Part shown: positions 30,344 to 40,150 of the stretch, piece after piece
How positions within the stretch are numbered: position 1 is the stretch's first letter
How the letters are laid out: each line of letters starts with the position of its first letter
Origin: a virus
Taxonomy: Duplodnaviria > Heunggongvirae > Uroviricota > Caudoviricetes > Crassvirales
Direction: 5' to 3' (one strand)
Length of the DNA stretch: 64,000 nt
IMG/VR virus record: IMGVR_UViG_3300044716_000090
Coordinates: 40,813-104,812 of that record
The notes under the pieces: generated by a model
Databases searched by the model: none
The model's input: the letters and a program-made list of their open reading frames with translations, nothing else
Told to the model about the DNA's origin: nothing
Position numbers and translations under genes: made by a program

Positions 30344-31609
30344 TTATTGAAACCATGAAGTTGTAGGCTTAGGCTTATTTCCTGTTTTTGTAGAACTTTT
30401 GCTAACTTGTCTAGCAACTTCACCAAACAATTCATTTGACTTTTTGGTGATACCAGTCTTTTGTATTGTAGATAGAGTAGGGTCCTTTTCTAAAATCTTT
30501 AATAAAAGTCCAAGCTTAACCTTTGTTGCATGGTTTTCTGGACGCTTAAGTTCTAGAATAGTCTTGTCAAAATCTGTGAGAGTCTCACCAGATGCTGTCT
30601 TATACTTATCTACTAACAGGAAATCTTGTAGTTCACCAGCCAATTTAGGGTTCAGAGGAATACCGTCAAACTCTTTTGCTTTTAGTTTTTCTTGTAATAC
30701 TGACTGAACGTTCTGAACATATTGTTGTTTAACAGCAGCTTGCTGTTGTAACCTTTTTTCGTTTTCTTGCTCCATTTGTTGGAGCTTTGCTGCTTCCTTC
30801 TTAACCAACACTTTGTGGTGTTTAGTGGCAACAGTTTCCAAATCACCGTAATTTTTAAGTCTTTCAACTTCTGTTGTAACATCCTCAGGATCAAATCCTT
30901 GATCAGCTAAAGCTTGTTTAATTACTGCAACTTGGTTAGATTCGTCTGCTAAGTCCATCTCAGCAAAACTCTTTATATTATTATAAGTACCGAAGTACTC
31001 TTTAGGATCTACTCCTTTTACAAATATGGCATCAAATGCTTGTTGATAGTCTTCACCAAACTGACCAATGAAGTTGTTTACCACCTCGATAGCTCCTTTC
31101 TTCTTCTCAGCGTTAAAACGCTCTAGGAATTCTTCAGGAGTTGAAATAGCAACATCTTCTTCATCTTCATCATTGGTAAATACACCAAGTTTGAAAAGAT
31201 CTTTAGATAGAGATGTAAATGGACTAGTTGGCTCATCACCATCTTCTTCATTGTCATCATCTGTATCTTCAGGAGCTTTTGCTTTAGGAGCTGGAGCAGG
31301 AGAATCATTTTCTTCATCTTCTTCTTCCTCATCATCTCCACCTAGTAAAAAGTCCTGTAAAGACTTTGTCTTATCTTCTTTATCCTCATCATTTTCTTCT
31401 GTAACTGTAGCAGCAGGAGATTGTGTCTTCTTAGCAGGTTTAGCCGCAGGAGCAGGTTCATCTTTAATATCTTGGATATCATCAGGATTGGTAGTAGAAG
31501 TCTCAGGAGCAAATAAGTCACTTAAAAGCTCTTGGTTTCCCATGCCCATATCCATAGTATCTTGAATACTAAAGTTTCCCATTGACGGGTTGTCTAGATT
31601 TTCAGCCAT
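30344..31609 (-). CDS. Scaffolding protein, putative (421 aa); acidic disordered N-terminal half, helical C-terminal half
   Basis: Long D/E/P/A-rich tracts (DDEEEEDEENDSPAPAPKAKAPEDTDDDNEEDGDE), then a K/E/Q-rich coiled-coil-like C-terminus. Sits directly upstream of the capsid gene. Confidence 0.55.
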   Translation of the reverse strand: MAENLDNPSMGNFSIQDTMDMGMGNQELLSDLFAPETSTTNPDDIQDIKDEPAPAAKPAKKTQSPAATVTEENDEDKEDKTKSLQDFLLGGDDEEEEDEENDSPAPAPKAKAPEDTDDDNEEDGDEPTSPFTSLSKDLFKLGVFTNDEDEEDVAISTPEEFLERFNAEKKKGAIEVVNNFIGQFGEDYQQAFDAIFVKGVDPKEYFGTYNNIKSFAEMDLADESNQVAVIKQALADQGFDPEDVTTEVERLKNYGDLETVATKHHKVLVKKEAAKLQQMEQENEKRLQQQAAVKQQYVQNVQSVLQEKLKAKEFDGIPLNPKLAGELQDFLLVDKYKTASGETLTDFDKTILELKRPENHATKVKLGLLLKILEKDPTLSTIQKTGITKKSNELFGEVARQVSKSSTKTGNKPKPTTSWFQ

Positions 31610-31730
31610 ATGTAGTTTATTTTATTATTGGTTTTCAGGTGTAAAAGTATATTATTATAAGTTAATACCAAAGAGATACAACACTATATGAACCATTATT
31701 CACGATAATATAGCATTAATGTAAATCACT

Positions 31731-32261
31731 CTAATCAAGATTGTTTGTAATCGTGTCATTTATCAACCTAAAACTCTTGATTGGAGCTAGGTCAGTAAGT
31801 GTAACTTGTTGAATCTCAACCCCCCACTTCCTTGCTTCCACTCTAACTTTCTTTGTCAGGGTGTTATCAAGTTCCGAATCTGTACATTCTTCCAGGGACA
31901 TAGACATGATTACGTTTTTTATGACACTTTGTGACATGTCAGCTATTGCATCTTGGGCATCAAATACTTCTAATAAGAATGTTTTCACATCTGATATCTT
32001 GTATTTGATTACACCCTTGACAACAATGTTCTGTCTATCACTAGTATACAAAGATTGTGCTGGAAGGCTTAATGTTGTAATAACGACATGTTGATCAATC
32101 ACCTCATCTACAAATGGTATCTTTGGATGGAATCCAGGTTTTAACACTTTTTTAAATTTACCAAATCTTAGAAGTACAGCTTCCTCATAATCCCTGATAA
32201 TAATACCAGGGAGTACGTCTGAGCCAAATTGTAACACAACATCAATCAGCCTATCTAACAT
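31731..32261 (-). CDS. SPFH/band-7 (stomatin/prohibitin-like) domain protein (176 aa)
   Basis: IIRDYEEAVLLRFGKFKKVLKPGFHPKIPFVDEVIDQHVVITTLSLPAQSLYTSDRQNIVVKGVIKYKISD matches the band-7 core (E.AVV.RFGK, L.PGLHF.IPFID.V, T.D.N.V.VD.VV.YRI.D). Lies between portal and scaffold. Confidence 0.7.
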   Translation of the reverse strand: MLDRLIDVVLQFGSDVLPGIIIRDYEEAVLLRFGKFKKVLKPGFHPKIPFVDEVIDQHVVITTLSLPAQSLYTSDRQNIVVKGVIKYKISDVKTFLLEVFDAQDAIADMSQSVIKNVIMSMSLEECTDSELDNTLTKKVRVEARKWGVEIQQVTLTDLAPIKSFRLINDTITNNLD

Positions 32262-32263
32262 AA

Positions 32264-34849
32264 TTACTTAGTTTTCTTACTCGCTCTATTCTTAGCATTC
32301 TCTTTAGCAATAGCTAAATCATTTGCTTGGTTCTCTCTAGCCACCTTTAGTTTCTCTTTTTCTATTTCTAGTTTCTGAGCAGCTAGGTTATTCTTAGATT
32401 GAATATCACTCATCTTTGTCTCATATTCTTTAACAGCTTTTGATTGTTCAAATGCTAACTTATTGATTTCCAATACATCAGGAGCTCCAGACATATCTAA
32501 ATCTGATAAAGGACCACTTTTTGATTCAGCAGCAATGAGAGCAATCTCCTTCTTATTGATCCTATCAAGTTCAGCTTGGTAATCATCATGAGCCAATTGT
32601 TTCTCTTGAGCTTCTTGAGCTTGTTGGATTTGAGCCATGGTATTTTGCTGTTGAACTTCCATTTGTTGCTGTTGCATATCCAACTGTTGTTGTTGCATAG
32701 CATCTTGCTTATCCTTAAGAGTCTTGAACACTTTCTTCATCTTACGTACAGAATCAGTGCTGTAAAGTTCAATGATGTCATGTAATGAACCACCATTTTG
32801 TATAACAGCTTGAGACAATCCACGTAATTCGTTAAACATCTTCTGATCCTCAGGACGATTAGTTAAGAACACCTTGAGGTCACGGAATCTAAGGTCAGAT
32901 CCATTCACCTGTACAAACGCTGATTCTCCATCAGAAGTAATGTATGATAGGGTGGATTGCGGTTTACTAGATTCTACATATAAAGCAGCATCAATGATAG
33001 CTTGGTACAATTGACCAAGAACATACTCGTGAGCTACGAATAAAGGTTCTGTTTGAGAATAAGATTGTGTAAGAGCTGCATTTGTACCTGTAGCAGATTC
33101 ACTAGCAGATATAGATCCCATTCTTTGTCTAGACATACCCACTAGTTCCCAACATTCAGTTTTTAACTGCATGGCTAATGTGTAACGAGATTGAATCTCC
33201 TGCGTACGTGTAAGGTCAATATCTCTAAACTGATTAAAGCTAGAAGGACTCTTTAAGTTCTCAGGACTATCATCAATAAAGACAACCCCTCTGTTACGAG
33301 CTTCTAGTTCCCATATGTCTAATGCATCTTGAGCATCACCATCCTTAGGAACAGGAATGTGTCTAATAGATGTTAAATACACCTTACCTACTTCCTTCTC
33401 AAGAAGTGTGTAAAGCTGATTCATACATACATTATATAACACTTGGAAAGGTTTCATAAGATCTACTAGAGACTTAGCCTCTGTATTCTTAACCTCGTGT
33501 ACCAATCCAATGATAGGACAATAACTTAATAATTTGTATGGTTTGATATGGTAGATGTCTGGACCAATCTTGATACCTTGGTACCATTGGTTAATCCAAC
33601 CCCATTCTAGAGAAACTTCTGTAGGAATAGTCTTGCTCTTATAGTTCTCATCTACAAGCATAGATTGTTCGTTACCCATTTCATCTAAATAGATAAGTTT
33701 ACCAATCTTCTTCTTAGAGATCCAATAGGCTCTAACAACTACATACTTATAACCAAATGAGCTAACGTTAGATGTTAATCCCAAGAAGTCTTTAAGTCCA
33801 TCATCGTTCTCTTTCATTTCTGATTCAATAATCATTCTTGTTTGTAGAACAAGAGGATCGTATGTATCGTATTGTACTGAATCAGTACCAGGTATTGCAT
33901 CTGGATTACCAAGATTAGATTCACGTACATTGATAAGACCATAGTCTTGTAGTGAACTTCTTAGGTGATCAATCTCGTCTTTGGTTAAATCAGGAATAGC
34001 TTCAATGATTTCTGATAGTTCCATAACCTGTACAATACCAGCAGCATATGCTCCTTGTGCTCTACCTGTAGGATCAGAAACATATTTTCTATCTGGTGTA
34101 GTGAGGAACCAAGTGTTCTTAGGGTTAGCCACCTCAATGTTAAATCCAAGCTTAGAGTTGTCCTCATAGATATGATAGAACTCTCTAGCTGAAATTAACA
34201 TATCTCTGAAGGCATCTTCTGATTTCTCTTTAAGATTGAACTCAGCTTTCTGACATGTAAGAATATGGTTAGCCCATTTCTCAGCAACAGATGTGTAGCT
34301 ATCTAGCTCATCTTTCACCTGATCCATTGTCATTTGCTCAAGCTCTTCTTCCTCTAGTTCAGCCCCTTGTAATTCAGCCTTTTGTAATATCTTTTGCTTA
34401 GCTTGGCTAATAACATATTCCTGTAGAATACCAGTCTTGAATTCCAATTCTTCAGATTGACTATCAGCATCAAATGCCTTTACACGGAAAGCATCTGGTC
34501 TTTTAGAGATTTCTCCAACCAACTCGTTAAGAGGTGTGGTGATGATAGAATACATCTTTACATATGAAGGAAGATTTAAGTTAGCTTCAAGAGTTTGTGT
34601 AAAGCTACTTACAACAGGCTCTTGGTAAAAATCCTCCATACGCAAAATACCCTTGACAAGATCATAGTTCTTAACAAAGGTGTCTCTATTCTTCACATAC
34701 TCAGCGTATGACTTATTAGCAAAATAGTCCATTGTGTTTTTAATCCAACTCTCATCTTGCTTTTCCTTCTCAGTTTTAAACTGATCTGGAAATATATTTA
34801 AATATGCATACCTAATCGTAGCATCTTTTGTATACCGTATAATTGCCAT
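32264..34849 (-). CDS. Portal protein, putative (861 aa)
   Basis: Immediately downstream of the large terminase, sharing its stop/start position at 34849. Size fits large podovirus portals. C-terminal Q/E/K-rich tail. Confidence 0.55.
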   Translation of the reverse strand: MAIIRYTKDATIRYAYLNIFPDQFKTEKEKQDESWIKNTMDYFANKSYAEYVKNRDTFVKNYDLVKGILRMEDFYQEPVVSSFTQTLEANLNLPSYVKMYSIITTPLNELVGEISKRPDAFRVKAFDADSQSEELEFKTGILQEYVISQAKQKILQKAELQGAELEEEELEQMTMDQVKDELDSYTSVAEKWANHILTCQKAEFNLKEKSEDAFRDMLISAREFYHIYEDNSKLGFNIEVANPKNTWFLTTPDRKYVSDPTGRAQGAYAAGIVQVMELSEIIEAIPDLTKDEIDHLRSSLQDYGLINVRESNLGNPDAIPGTDSVQYDTYDPLVLQTRMIIESEMKENDDGLKDFLGLTSNVSSFGYKYVVVRAYWISKKKIGKLIYLDEMGNEQSMLVDENYKSKTIPTEVSLEWGWINQWYQGIKIGPDIYHIKPYKLLSYCPIIGLVHEVKNTEAKSLVDLMKPFQVLYNVCMNQLYTLLEKEVGKVYLTSIRHIPVPKDGDAQDALDIWELEARNRGVVFIDDSPENLKSPSSFNQFRDIDLTRTQEIQSRYTLAMQLKTECWELVGMSRQRMGSISASESATGTNAALTQSYSQTEPLFVAHEYVLGQLYQAIIDAALYVESSKPQSTLSYITSDGESAFVQVNGSDLRFRDLKVFLTNRPEDQKMFNELRGLSQAVIQNGGSLHDIIELYSTDSVRKMKKVFKTLKDKQDAMQQQQLDMQQQQMEVQQQNTMAQIQQAQEAQEKQLAHDDYQAELDRINKKEIALIAAESKSGPLSDLDMSGAPDVLEINKLAFEQSKAVKEYETKMSDIQSKNNLAAQKLEIEKEKLKVARENQANDLAIAKENAKNRASKKTK

Positions 34850-36876
34850 TATGTAAAAAGTTTACGTTTTCTTTTATTAAATATTCCTCTTGATGTAGAA
34901 AATAAAGGATTCTTTGGTCCTCCTGAATACATTGCTTTCACTCTATCATCACTAGACCCACCAATCTTTCCAAAGATAGGATCCATCTTAAGTGCTTGAG
35001 CGATAGCTAGTTCTGCAGCAATGATACGGTCAAAGTTACCTGAATCATTATACTGAATAACTTCTTCAAGTAGCACAGGATCAAATATCTTACTCACACC
35101 CAACACTTCTCTTATAGTTTCACCAGCTTCATTAGTCTCCTTATATATCGTTCCTTCTAGATACTTCTTCAAGCAGTTGTGAAGATAGTCAATTATCTTC
35201 TGACTTGAACGATGTATTCCATACTCACGTTTAACAGTGGTATTTGGTACAATCTCCATAAGCCACTGAGGTTGCTTCTCTAGATAGTGAGCATCCCCTT
35301 TGGCTTTCATATATTCTATAAACGATATATCATCATTCTCACACAAGGTTCTAGCATTGTAATACTTGATAAGTAGACGAGCTTGTTCTTCCCAAGTTTC
35401 CTTCTTATCAGGTCTAGCACAATACGAAGCTACGAACATATCTTGATATTTCTCACCTGTAAGCTCATGCATTCTTTTATAAATGTAAACAGATCCTAAT
35501 GAGCTTGAATACGCAGATTGTCCTTGTCTGTAAGGATCGACTCCTGCTACATATAATCCATATGGAGGATTATCAATAGGGAATTCGTATATGACTACAG
35601 GAGCATTCTTTTGATCACTATTCTTTAGAGGGAAGTTTGATATAGGAAGTTTATCCGTAAACTCATGACTTATCTTCTCTCCATCATTGAATAATATAAT
35701 AGGTGTACCTGTTCTTTCTTGTTGTAATAGTTTACTCTTCTGTCTTTTAGCAGCTTCAATGTCAAAGATGTTTGTATCCTCATTAAGGAATATATCATCC
35801 ACCTCTTGTGGGTAGTACATCTTTTCTTTTAGATAGGCAACTCTATCACCAGCCTTCTTAAGTCTTTCTAAGTTTTGGACAGTGATTTGATCAGCCTTCT
35901 CTTGGTCACTTACCAACATCTCAATCTTATGTAAGTCGGATGTGTAAGGTTCATTTAAGAAAGCTCCAAGTGTACTTTTATCTTTGGCCTCCATTCTATA
36001 TTTATTAGAAATAAAGAGTCCATGTGTACGAGCTGTGTCTTTCTCATTATTATATGTAAGGAAGTTGAAGTTGTCTACATCAAACATTAAGCTCTTTGCA
36101 TCCATAAATTTCTTCATGTCACCACCAGTCCCAGTAAGAATAGGGCTACATCCCCACCCATATGGTGTAGTGAAACCAGGAATAGCCGCCTGTAAACCTC
36201 TAAGAAAATTTCCTTTACCGATCTCATCTATAATTAGTTTACGTGGTTTTGTACCTGCGATAGCTTCCTCATTATTACCTTCATCAAGGTTACGAATTAG
36301 GATGGAAGAAAAAGGGATACGTTCTCCAGACTTAGTCTTGATACCAAGTGTAACTTGGTTTTTCCAGTTATCCTCAATTCTCTGCCATCTCCAATATTCT
36401 GGAATGAAGTTAAGCCCCTTATCAATCTTATCTGTGATAAGCTTAATATCTGGAGCGTTCAAACCAGCAATAATGTTTTGTGAGTTTTCATCAAATGTTG
36501 CACCCCATGCAATATAAGATGCCTCAATAACGGACTTAGCAAAACGTCTAATACCTAGAATGACTAATCCCTTTCTTTCTTTTTGGGCTCTGTCAATTTC
36601 GTTTGTTACTAGCCACTCGTTATCACGTAATAAAGGATTAGCATATTTCTGTGCAATCCTTCCATACTCATCAATAATATCCACCTCTGTATGCCAGATG
36701 TTTAGGTGCCAATATAAAAAGGGGTTGATATATACACCCCCCATCATAGCACCATTTAAACATAGGTCTTTATGAAAATCATAGAATAGTTTATACTCCT
36801 CAGATGCTCTGTCAGGCAGGCGCTTCTGATTGATAAACCAGTCTTTGTAATCTATACTCTGTACGTGTACACTCAT
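34849..36876 (-). CDS. Terminase large subunit, putative (675 aa)
   Basis: Deviant Walker A LVILGIRRFAKS (GxRRxxKS type, as in TerL ATPases). Size and position immediately before the portal gene. Confidence 0.65.
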   Translation of the reverse strand: MSVHVQSIDYKDWFINQKRLPDRASEEYKLFYDFHKDLCLNGAMMGGVYINPFLYWHLNIWHTEVDIIDEYGRIAQKYANPLLRDNEWLVTNEIDRAQKERKGLVILGIRRFAKSVIEASYIAWGATFDENSQNIIAGLNAPDIKLITDKIDKGLNFIPEYWRWQRIEDNWKNQVTLGIKTKSGERIPFSSILIRNLDEGNNEEAIAGTKPRKLIIDEIGKGNFLRGLQAAIPGFTTPYGWGCSPILTGTGGDMKKFMDAKSLMFDVDNFNFLTYNNEKDTARTHGLFISNKYRMEAKDKSTLGAFLNEPYTSDLHKIEMLVSDQEKADQITVQNLERLKKAGDRVAYLKEKMYYPQEVDDIFLNEDTNIFDIEAAKRQKSKLLQQERTGTPIILFNDGEKISHEFTDKLPISNFPLKNSDQKNAPVVIYEFPIDNPPYGLYVAGVDPYRQGQSAYSSSLGSVYIYKRMHELTGEKYQDMFVASYCARPDKKETWEEQARLLIKYYNARTLCENDDISFIEYMKAKGDAHYLEKQPQWLMEIVPNTTVKREYGIHRSSQKIIDYLHNCLKKYLEGTIYKETNEAGETIREVLGVSKIFDPVLLEEVIQYNDSGNFDRIIAAELAIAQALKMDPIFGKIGGSSDDRVKAMYSGGPKNPLFSTSRGIFNKRKRKLFT

Positions 36877-37211
36877 TATTTTCTATTCTTAAGAAACTCT
36901 TCTGCAGCACCAGATAGTTCTCCTTTACCCCTCACTTCAACCTTTGCCTCTTCTACACTTCTTAACTTGTCTACCACCTCAATAAGGGCTAGATAGTTTT
37001 TCATTGTCTCTTGTACAAACTTTCCCTGTGCTTCAATAGATGCAATCACCATAGGTAACATGCCTCCTTTAGCTGTAGGTTTCCACTCAATTCTGTCTTT
37101 CAGTTCGTGGAGAGGGTTTGCATCTACATATTGTTTCCATGAAACAAGTTGTGACTCAGCCCATTCAAGCTCTGTATTTATAAATGTAGTTTTCTTAATA
37201 GTTGTCGCCAT
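36876..37211 (-). CDS. Small protein upstream of terminase (111 aa); small terminase subunit possible
   Basis: ORF in track. Stop overlaps the terminase start. Confidence 0.4.
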   Translation of the reverse strand: MATTIKKTTFINTELEWAESQLVSWKQYVDANPLHELKDRIEWKPTAKGGMLPMVIASIEAQGKFVQETMKNYLALIEVVDKLRSVEEAKVEVRGKGELSGAAEEFLKNRK

Positions 37212-37485
37212 AATCTTCGTCTTCTTCTTTTAGAATATTATCAAGATCCATTCCCTCTTTGATGATTTTGTCTAATTCAGACTCATCTGTGTGAGGGACA
37301 TCCATCTCTAATTTGGTTTTATATTTATCCATGACAAACGCAAGTTCTTTGTCTGTCATTCCCCATATATCTCCATATTCATCAAGAGCTGTGGCTATGT
37401 GCCTTCCCATGTTATACTCTGGGAATTCCTTATGTAGTTCTTGAAGCGTATGAATTATACTATTGTAATAATTCTTCTTACTCAC
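37195..37485 (-). CDS. Hypothetical acidic small protein (96 aa)
   Basis: ORF in track. Confidence 0.45.
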   Translation of the reverse strand: MSKKNYYNSIIHTLQELHKEFPEYNMGRHIATALDEYGDIWGMTDKELAFVMDKYKTKLEMDVPHTDESELDKIIKEGMDLDNILKEEDEDYGDNY

Positions 37486-37489
37486 GGTG

Positions 37490-37738
37490 TTATATTAGTT
37501 GGTTTAGGTCCTCATCGGACAGTTTTATATTTATTTGTGATTCGTCTGGATCCAAGTTTGTATCTTCCTCAGGAGACATGTATGATGAGTTGAAAGCAAT
37601 ACCTATCTTGTCTTGCTCTTCACCATTAACACCAAGGATGTCAACGTAATCCACCCCAGAGTTGTATATCTCTGTTAAATGGTCTAATAGAATTCCTAAA
37701 GGAATCTTTCTTAATATGACATCATGGTTATTCTCCAT
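37490..37738 (-). CDS. Hypothetical acidic small protein (82 aa)
   Basis: ORF in track. Confidence 0.45.
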   Translation of the reverse strand: MENNHDVILRKIPLGILLDHLTEIYNSGVDYVDILGVNGEEQDKIGIAFNSSYMSPEEDTNLDPDESQINIKLSDEDLNQLI

Positions 37739-38018
37739 CGATAGCTTGTTTTATTTCATCATACTGATCGTCTGTCATCATTCCCTTCCACTTATCAATG
37801 GGACAAGAACAAGAAAGACATTTTGTTTTGGCTGAAAGCGTACATCCACAATCTATACAATGTACATCTGGTCTAATGGACCTATGCTTTGTAGATATAT
37901 TCTCACAGGCATTACATATTACCATTCGTTCCTCACTAACTCTCTTAATGAGGTCTTTCATATCAGCTGGAGGAAACAGCTTGTTTCTCCATCCTTCATA
38001 CACATTACTTAGGTTCAT
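37728..38018 (-). CDS. Cys-rich zinc-finger small protein (96 aa)
   Basis: CNACEN ... HCIDCGC ... CLSCSCP, with multiple CxxC pairs. Confidence 0.5.
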   Translation of the reverse strand: MNLSNVYEGWRNKLFPPADMKDLIKRVSEERMVICNACENISTKHRSIRPDVHCIDCGCTLSAKTKCLSCSCPIDKWKGMMTDDQYDEIKQAIDGE

Positions 38019-38361
38019 AGCTTAGCTTGGTTTTTATTTGGCTAATTGTAATATGTGTGTTGGCGAGGGTGACCGTGGCTGCATTTCGTCTTTGATCTGA
38101 AATACCATCGTCTGCTAATATCTTCTCCATGGCTTTCACCTTGGCATCTAGGGCTTCTAGCTTCTTTGTAGCTTTCTTGGTGTTGAACATGAGTTTACCA
38201 AACCCACTGATTTCTACACTATTGTTTCCCTCAAGGGCTTCGTTAGCGGATTGGAACTGATGGTTGATGACAGCTTCAATGGTCTTCTCACTTGTAAGAA
38301 TCTTAACAGCTAATGTCCTAACTAGGTAGTCCTTGACGGACATGCTTATTGGCTTATCCAT
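38005..38361 (-). CDS. HU/IHF-like histone-like DNA-binding protein (118 aa)
   Basis: MSVKDYLVRTLAVKILTSEKTIEAVINHQF ... VEISGFGKLMFNTKKATKK matches the bacterial DNA-binding (HU) fold signature, including the GFGKF beta-arm region. Confidence 0.6.
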   Translation of the reverse strand: MDKPISMSVKDYLVRTLAVKILTSEKTIEAVINHQFQSANEALEGNNSVEISGFGKLMFNTKKATKKLEALDAKVKAMEKILADDGISDQRRNAATVTLANTHITISQIKTKLSYEPK

Positions 38362-38716
38362 GACTAAGGGTTATCTGTAAGACTATATCGTTCTCGAAGT
38401 TGAGGATAATCATTGGGTTCACCTTCACCTTTGTCCCATCCTTTACAAACACCCCTAGCTTCTTAAGCTTACTAATGATGTTATTTATTGTAGGAGCTGT
38501 ACTGTCGTATTTCTCACAGAACTCTGTTCTGATGTTGGCATAGGAGATGTTACCCTTTATGGCTGTAAATGCCACGAGCTGTATTTCTCTCTGTGTAAGC
38601 TTCAACCCATTCAATGCAGACAACAAAGCATAATACTTTTCAGCTGTAGCAAACTGATCCTCTACAGGCTTCTTAAGCTTCTGAACTGTTATCTTCTTGT
38701 TTGTTGGTTGTTCCAT
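38354..38716 (-). CDS. Hypothetical protein (120 aa), possible DNA-binding regulator
   Basis: ORF in track. First sizeable gene of the leftward block. Confidence 0.45.
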   Translation of the reverse strand: MEQPTNKKITVQKLKKPVEDQFATAEKYYALLSALNGLKLTQREIQLVAFTAIKGNISYANIRTEFCEKYDSTAPTINNIISKLKKLGVFVKDGTKVKVNPMIILNFENDIVLQITLSHG

Positions 38717-38795
38717 ATATAATTAACGCAAAGGTAGTTGAATTTCAATCATCTACAAATAACTTAAATAGTTATTTATAACACCTAATGCTATA

Positions 38796-39065
38796 TTATG
38801 CATCATTTTCTTCATTCTCAATCCAAAACACAATACATACATTAATGAAAAAGAAACCTAGACGTAATTCTCTCTCTATGTTACCGTCATCTAATGTGAA
38901 TTCTGTATAGGATAAACCTATAAGGAAATAAGGACTCCTGAATAAGTTAATCTCCAATGCAAAATCTATCGAGTTATATCTGGAGAAACCATGTACTAGG
39001 GATGTGACAATCAGTAATGTCAGTATTATATATATCATGCTATTAGTTTTTAACCCACCCTCCAC
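38796..39065 (-). CDS. Small hydrophobic (membrane) protein, tentative (89 aa)
   Basis: MIYIILTLLIVTSLVHGF N-terminal TM-like segment and a second hydrophobic stretch. Lies in the control region. Confidence 0.3.
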   Translation of the reverse strand: MEGGLKTNSMIYIILTLLIVTSLVHGFSRYNSIDFALEINLFRSPYFLIGLSYTEFTLDDGNIERELRLGFFFINVCIVFWIENEENDA

Positions 39066-39320
39066 CCCAAAGGTAAGGGGAGGGAATTCATATTAACAAA
39101 TTTATTTTCAAATTGTGGATAACTTATTATATGCCTATAAATATAATGTGTCATAAAAGGGACATATTATATGCAAGGACATTCCTTATAAGACACATTA
39201 TGTAAAGCAATAGCTTGACAAAACGTAAGGCTAGGTAAAGCTATACCTTGACAATCTAGGAAGTGAAAGGCTGCCAAACCTGGAAGTGTTTGAACCATCT
39301 GGAAATTCCAGAGAGTTCAA

Positions 39321-39539
39321 CTATATCATCTCTATATCATCCCCCTTACCATTCATGGGATTGTCATACACCCTAATATCATCAGAATAGAAATGTTTGA
39401 TGATGCCTCCAGGTAGCCTAACTAACCAGACGGTATTAACATTTAACCCATAGTCCATAATGAACAGAGCTTCCCCTTCTCCATGTGCTTTGCACCAAAC
39501 AGGAATTGTGGGATTGAGCTGTAACATCATTCCATACAT
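39321..39539 (-). CDS. Hypothetical small protein (72 aa)
   Basis: ORF in track with protein-like composition. Confidence 0.35.
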   Translation of the reverse strand: MYGMMLQLNPTIPVWCKAHGEGEALFIMDYGLNVNTVWLVRLPGGIIKHFYSDDIRVYDNPMNGKGDDIEMI

Positions 39540-39721
39540 ATATTACATTTTTATTTAATACAAATATACGACATTCTTTTGGAAGAAAAAAATTTTTCTA
39601 AAACTAGAGGTCTGTCATATGCATGGGGGAAGAGTCCTCTCCATATTGCAACCCCCAGTACAGATTGGGGAGTTGACACAGTCCCCCTATTAATCATTTC
39701 ATAATCAAAAAAACAAAACAG

Positions 39722-40105
39722 ATGACAAAGAATTACGTTATCAACAATGGCAGTTTTACTGCAAATGGCAATTTCAGTGGTTACACAGCATTGGGCGAAA
39801 GAGTCCACATTTTTGGCAGACAAATGGAAGCATTAGGTTGGAAGGGCAACGCTGATGTTAGTTTCCCATTCTATGCAATTGGTCAGATGAAACAGATTAA
39901 CCAATTGAACGAGAAGGGTGAGACTATTGGAACAGCTGATAGACTTACAGCTTTGAGTGCATTCAAGACACGCGAAGAGATTAAGCAAGCTCATGCAGAC
40001 AGCTCATTGCTTGACATTGAGATTCAGCAAGAGATTAAAGCACAAGCAAGCAGCGCAGGCTTAACAGAATCTGCAATCAATAGCTTGTTACAAGCTTCAT
40101 TCTAA
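39722..40105 (+). CDS. First rightward gene, hypothetical (127 aa)
   Basis: ORF in track. Followed by a hairpin terminator candidate. Preferred over the overlapping Cys-rich minus ORF 39551..39823. Confidence 0.5.
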   Translation: MTKNYVINNGSFTANGNFSGYTALGERVHIFGRQMEALGWKGNADVSFPFYAIGQMKQINQLNEKGETIGTADRLTALSAFKTREEIKQAHADSSLLDIEIQQEIKAQASSAGLTESAINSLLQASF

Positions 40106-40117
40106 TTCATAATAGGG

Positions 40118-40150
40118 AGTGACGTTCTAATTAATAGAACGTTGCTCTCT
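40118..40150 (+). terminator. Hairpin terminator candidate
   Basis: ACGTTCTA-ATTAA-TAGAACGT is a perfect 8-bp stem at 40121..40141, followed by U-rich TTGCTCTCTTATTAT. Confidence 0.4.

Noticed and set aside
30344-31609. Prohead protease fused to scaffold
   Set aside because: The 421-aa protein is almost entirely acidic, disordered or coiled-coil, with no Ser/His/Lys catalytic-looking motifs.
39215-39262. Two TTGACA(A) boxes suggesting sigma-70 -35 elements
   Set aside because: No correctly spaced -10 hexamer follows either box. The likely Bacteroidota host uses TTTG and TAnnTTTG promoter elements, which I could not find convincingly.
39551-39823. Minus-strand 90-aa Cys-rich ORF overlapping the first plus-strand gene
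   Set aside because: Composition is unprotein-like and it overlaps a better plus-strand ORF (39722..40105). Probably a frame artefact.
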